From positions 19,342-83,341 of the forward strand of contig JBFFEY010000007.1 in NCBI GenBank assembly GCA_041558415.1: 64,000 nt of DNA. Direction: 5' to 3'. Under the pieces are notes generated by a model that was not told the origin of the DNA, ran no database searches, and saw nothing but the letters and a program-made list of their open reading frames with translations. Origin of the DNA: Burkholderiales bacterium (lineage in GTDB: Bacteria > Pseudomonadota > Gammaproteobacteria > Burkholderiales > SG8-39). The stretch's first letter is position 1. Each line of letters begins with the position of its first letter. This document shows, one piece after another, positions 62,147 through 64,000 of the stretch. Both the position numbers and the translations under genes were made by a program.

Positions 62147-62599
62147 ATGCTGCGTCTCGAACCGATGTTTCGCGCCACCATCACGCTTGCGCCGCCGCAG
62201 GAGCTCGGCGATGCGCCGCTGGGGCGACGGCGCATCATACCGATCACCGGCGGGACCATAGAGGGCGCGCGCCTCAAGGGGCGCGTGCTGCCGGGGGGTG
62301 CCGACTGGCAGCTAGTGCGCTCGGACGGCGTCGCCGACCTGGACGCCCGCTACACGGTGCAGGCCGACGACGGCGCGCTGATCTACGTGCGCAACCGGGG
62401 CCTGCGTCACGGTTCGCCCGAGGTGCTGGCGCAGCTCGCACGCGGCGAGGACGTCGATCCGGCCAAGTACTACATGCGCACCCAGCCCTGGTTCGAGACT
62501 GGCGATGCGCGCTACGCCTGGCTCAACCGCACGATCTGCGTCGGCACCGGCGCGCGGCGCCGCGATTGCGTCGAGCTGGAATTCTTCGAGGTGCTGTGA
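62147..62599 (+). CDS. DUF3237 (UPF0311) family protein
   Basis: GRRRIIPITGG, PGGADWQ, LDARY, FETG..Y.WLN. Confidence 0.9.
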   Translation: MLRLEPMFRATITLAPPQELGDAPLGRRRIIPITGGTIEGARLKGRVLPGGADWQLVRSDGVADLDARYTVQADDGALIYVRNRGLRHGSPEVLAQLARGEDVDPAKYYMRTQPWFETGDARYAWLNRTICVGTGARRRDCVELEFFEVL

Positions 62600-63204
62600 T
62601 GGCGGCGAACGACGAACTGCTGGTGGTCGGTCTGGTCTCGGTGAGCGACCGCGCCTCGAAAGGCGAATACAAGGACGAAGGCATCCCGGCGCTGAAGGAC
62701 TGGCTCGCGAGCGCCATTGCCGCGCCCGCCTGGCGCGACGAGACCCGGCTCATCGCCGACGAGCAGCCGCTGATCGAGGCGACGCTGAAGGAGTTGGTGG
62801 ATGCCTGCGGCTGCCATCTGGTGCTCACCACCGGCGGCACCGGGCCCGCGCCGCGCGACGTCACCCCGGAGGCGACGCTCGCGGTGGCCGACAAGCTCAT
62901 GCCCGGTTTCGGCGAGCAGATGCGACAGATCAGCCTGCAGTTCGTGCCGACGGCGATCCTGTCGCGCCAGGTCGCCGTCATCAGGGGGCGCGCGCTGATC
63001 ATCAACCTGCCGGGCCAGCCGAAATCGATCCGCGAGACCCTCGAGGGCCTGAAGGACGCCGGCGGCAAGCCGCTGGTGCACGGCATCTTCGCCGCCGTGC
63101 CCTACTGCATCGACCTCATTGGCGGACCCTACGTCGAGACGCACGAGGCGGTGGTGAAAAGCTTCCGGCCGAAGTCCGCGCTGCGCCCGAGGCCCGCGCG
63201 CTGA
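62599..63204 (+). CDS. mog: Molybdopterin adenylyltransferase
   Basis: SDRAS.G.Y.D, TTGGTGPAPRDVTPEAT, LSRQ, NLPGQPKSI, VPYCIDL. Confidence 0.95.
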   Translation: MAANDELLVVGLVSVSDRASKGEYKDEGIPALKDWLASAIAAPAWRDETRLIADEQPLIEATLKELVDACGCHLVLTTGGTGPAPRDVTPEATLAVADKLMPGFGEQMRQISLQFVPTAILSRQVAVIRGRALIINLPGQPKSIRETLEGLKDAGGKPLVHGIFAAVPYCIDLIGGPYVETHEAVVKSFRPKSALRPRPAR

Positions 63205-63277
63205 GGCGCGCAGCGCGGCCCGCGCCGATCTGTTTTAACATTGCGGGCGCCGTTGAGATTGCGCAGCGGGGACATCG

Positions 63278-64000
63278 ATGATCCTGAACCCAGGCGAACA
63301 GCAGTACCTCGATCTGCTCGACCACGTGCTCGAGCATGGCGCCGAAAAGAGCGACCGCACCGGTACCGGCACCCGCTCGGTGTTCGGCTGGCAGATGCGC
63401 TTTGCGCTCGGCGCGTCGTTTCCGTTGCTGACCACCAAGAAGCTGCATCTCAAGTCGATCATCGTCGAGCTGCTCTGGTTTCTGCGCGGCGATACCAACG
63501 TGCGCTGGCTGCAGGAGCGCGGCGTGACGATCTGGGACGAATGGGCCGACGCCCGAGGCGAGCTGGGTCCGGTGTACGGCTACCAGTGGCGGCACTGGCG
63601 CACGCCCGACGGCCGCGAGATCGACCAGATCGCGCAGCTGCTGGAGTCGATCCGCCGCAACCCGGACTCGCGCCGCCACATCGTCAGCGCCTGGAACCCC
63701 GCCGATGTCGAGCGCATGGCGCTGCCGCCCTGTCACGCGTTGTTCCAGTTCTACGTCGCCGACGGGCAGCTGTCGTGCCAGCTCTACCAGAGGAGCGCCG
63801 ATCTCTTTCTCGGCGTGCCGTTCAACATCGCCTCCTACGCGCTGCTCACGCTGATGGTGGCGCAGGTCACCGGGCTCGCCCCGGGGACCTTCGTGCACAC
63901 ACTGGGCGATGCCCACCTCTACCGCAACCACTTCGAACAGGCGCGCACCCAGCTGGCGCGCGCACCGCGCGCCTTCCCGCGCATGCGGCTGAACCCCGAG
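63278..64000 (+). CDS. thyA: Thymidylate synthase (truncated by window end; not in ORF track)
   Basis: Translated by hand: [55 protein letters not shown]. Confidence 0.96.
   Translation, partial: MILNPGEQQYLDLLDHVLEHGAEKSDRTGTGTRSVFGWQMRFALGASFPLLTTKKLHLKSIIVELLWFLRGDTNVRWLQERGVTIWDEWADARGELGPVYGYQWRHWRTPDGREIDQIAQLLESIRRNPDSRRHIVSAWNPADVERMALPPCHALFQFYVADGQLSCQLYQRSADLFLGVPFNIASYALLTLMVAQVTGLAPGTFVHTLGDAHLYRNHFEQARTQLARAPRAFPRMRLNPE

Overview
High-GC chromosomal window, most consistent with a betaproteobacterium (inferred from gene content and order). No rRNA, tRNA, CRISPR array, prophage or IS element was recognised. Housekeeping blocks: dut-coaBC/radC-rpmB-rpmG, purN, gluQ, hrpA, glyA-nrdR-ribD-riboflavin synthase, gcvH-P-T behind a tandem glycine riboswitch, pmbA/yjgA, mog and a partial thyA. 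Three accessory modules stand out. (1) An operon at 17937-22209 behind an FNR-type box in class II (-41.5) geometry encodes a DhbE-like hydroxy-aryl acid ligase, a FadH/OYE-family flavin-FeS enzyme with altered catalytic and Fe-S residues, an unknown 148-aa protein and a 65-aa Cys-rich protein. It is a candidate undescribed anaerobic aromatic-acid activation/redox system. (2) A TetR-led B12 mutase operon carries the Leu/Asn signature of pivalyl-CoA mutase, a MeaB GTPase fused to a PaaI-type thioesterase, a coupled GalT/HIT-type nucleotidyltransferase and an EamA transporter. (3) A split form-II cox (molybdenum hydroxylase) cluster has a large subunit with an unusual AERGAGR motif and atypical low-GC codon usage, and a malonyl-CoA decarboxylase between coxD and coxE. 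All calls come from reading motifs by eye; no database searches were run.
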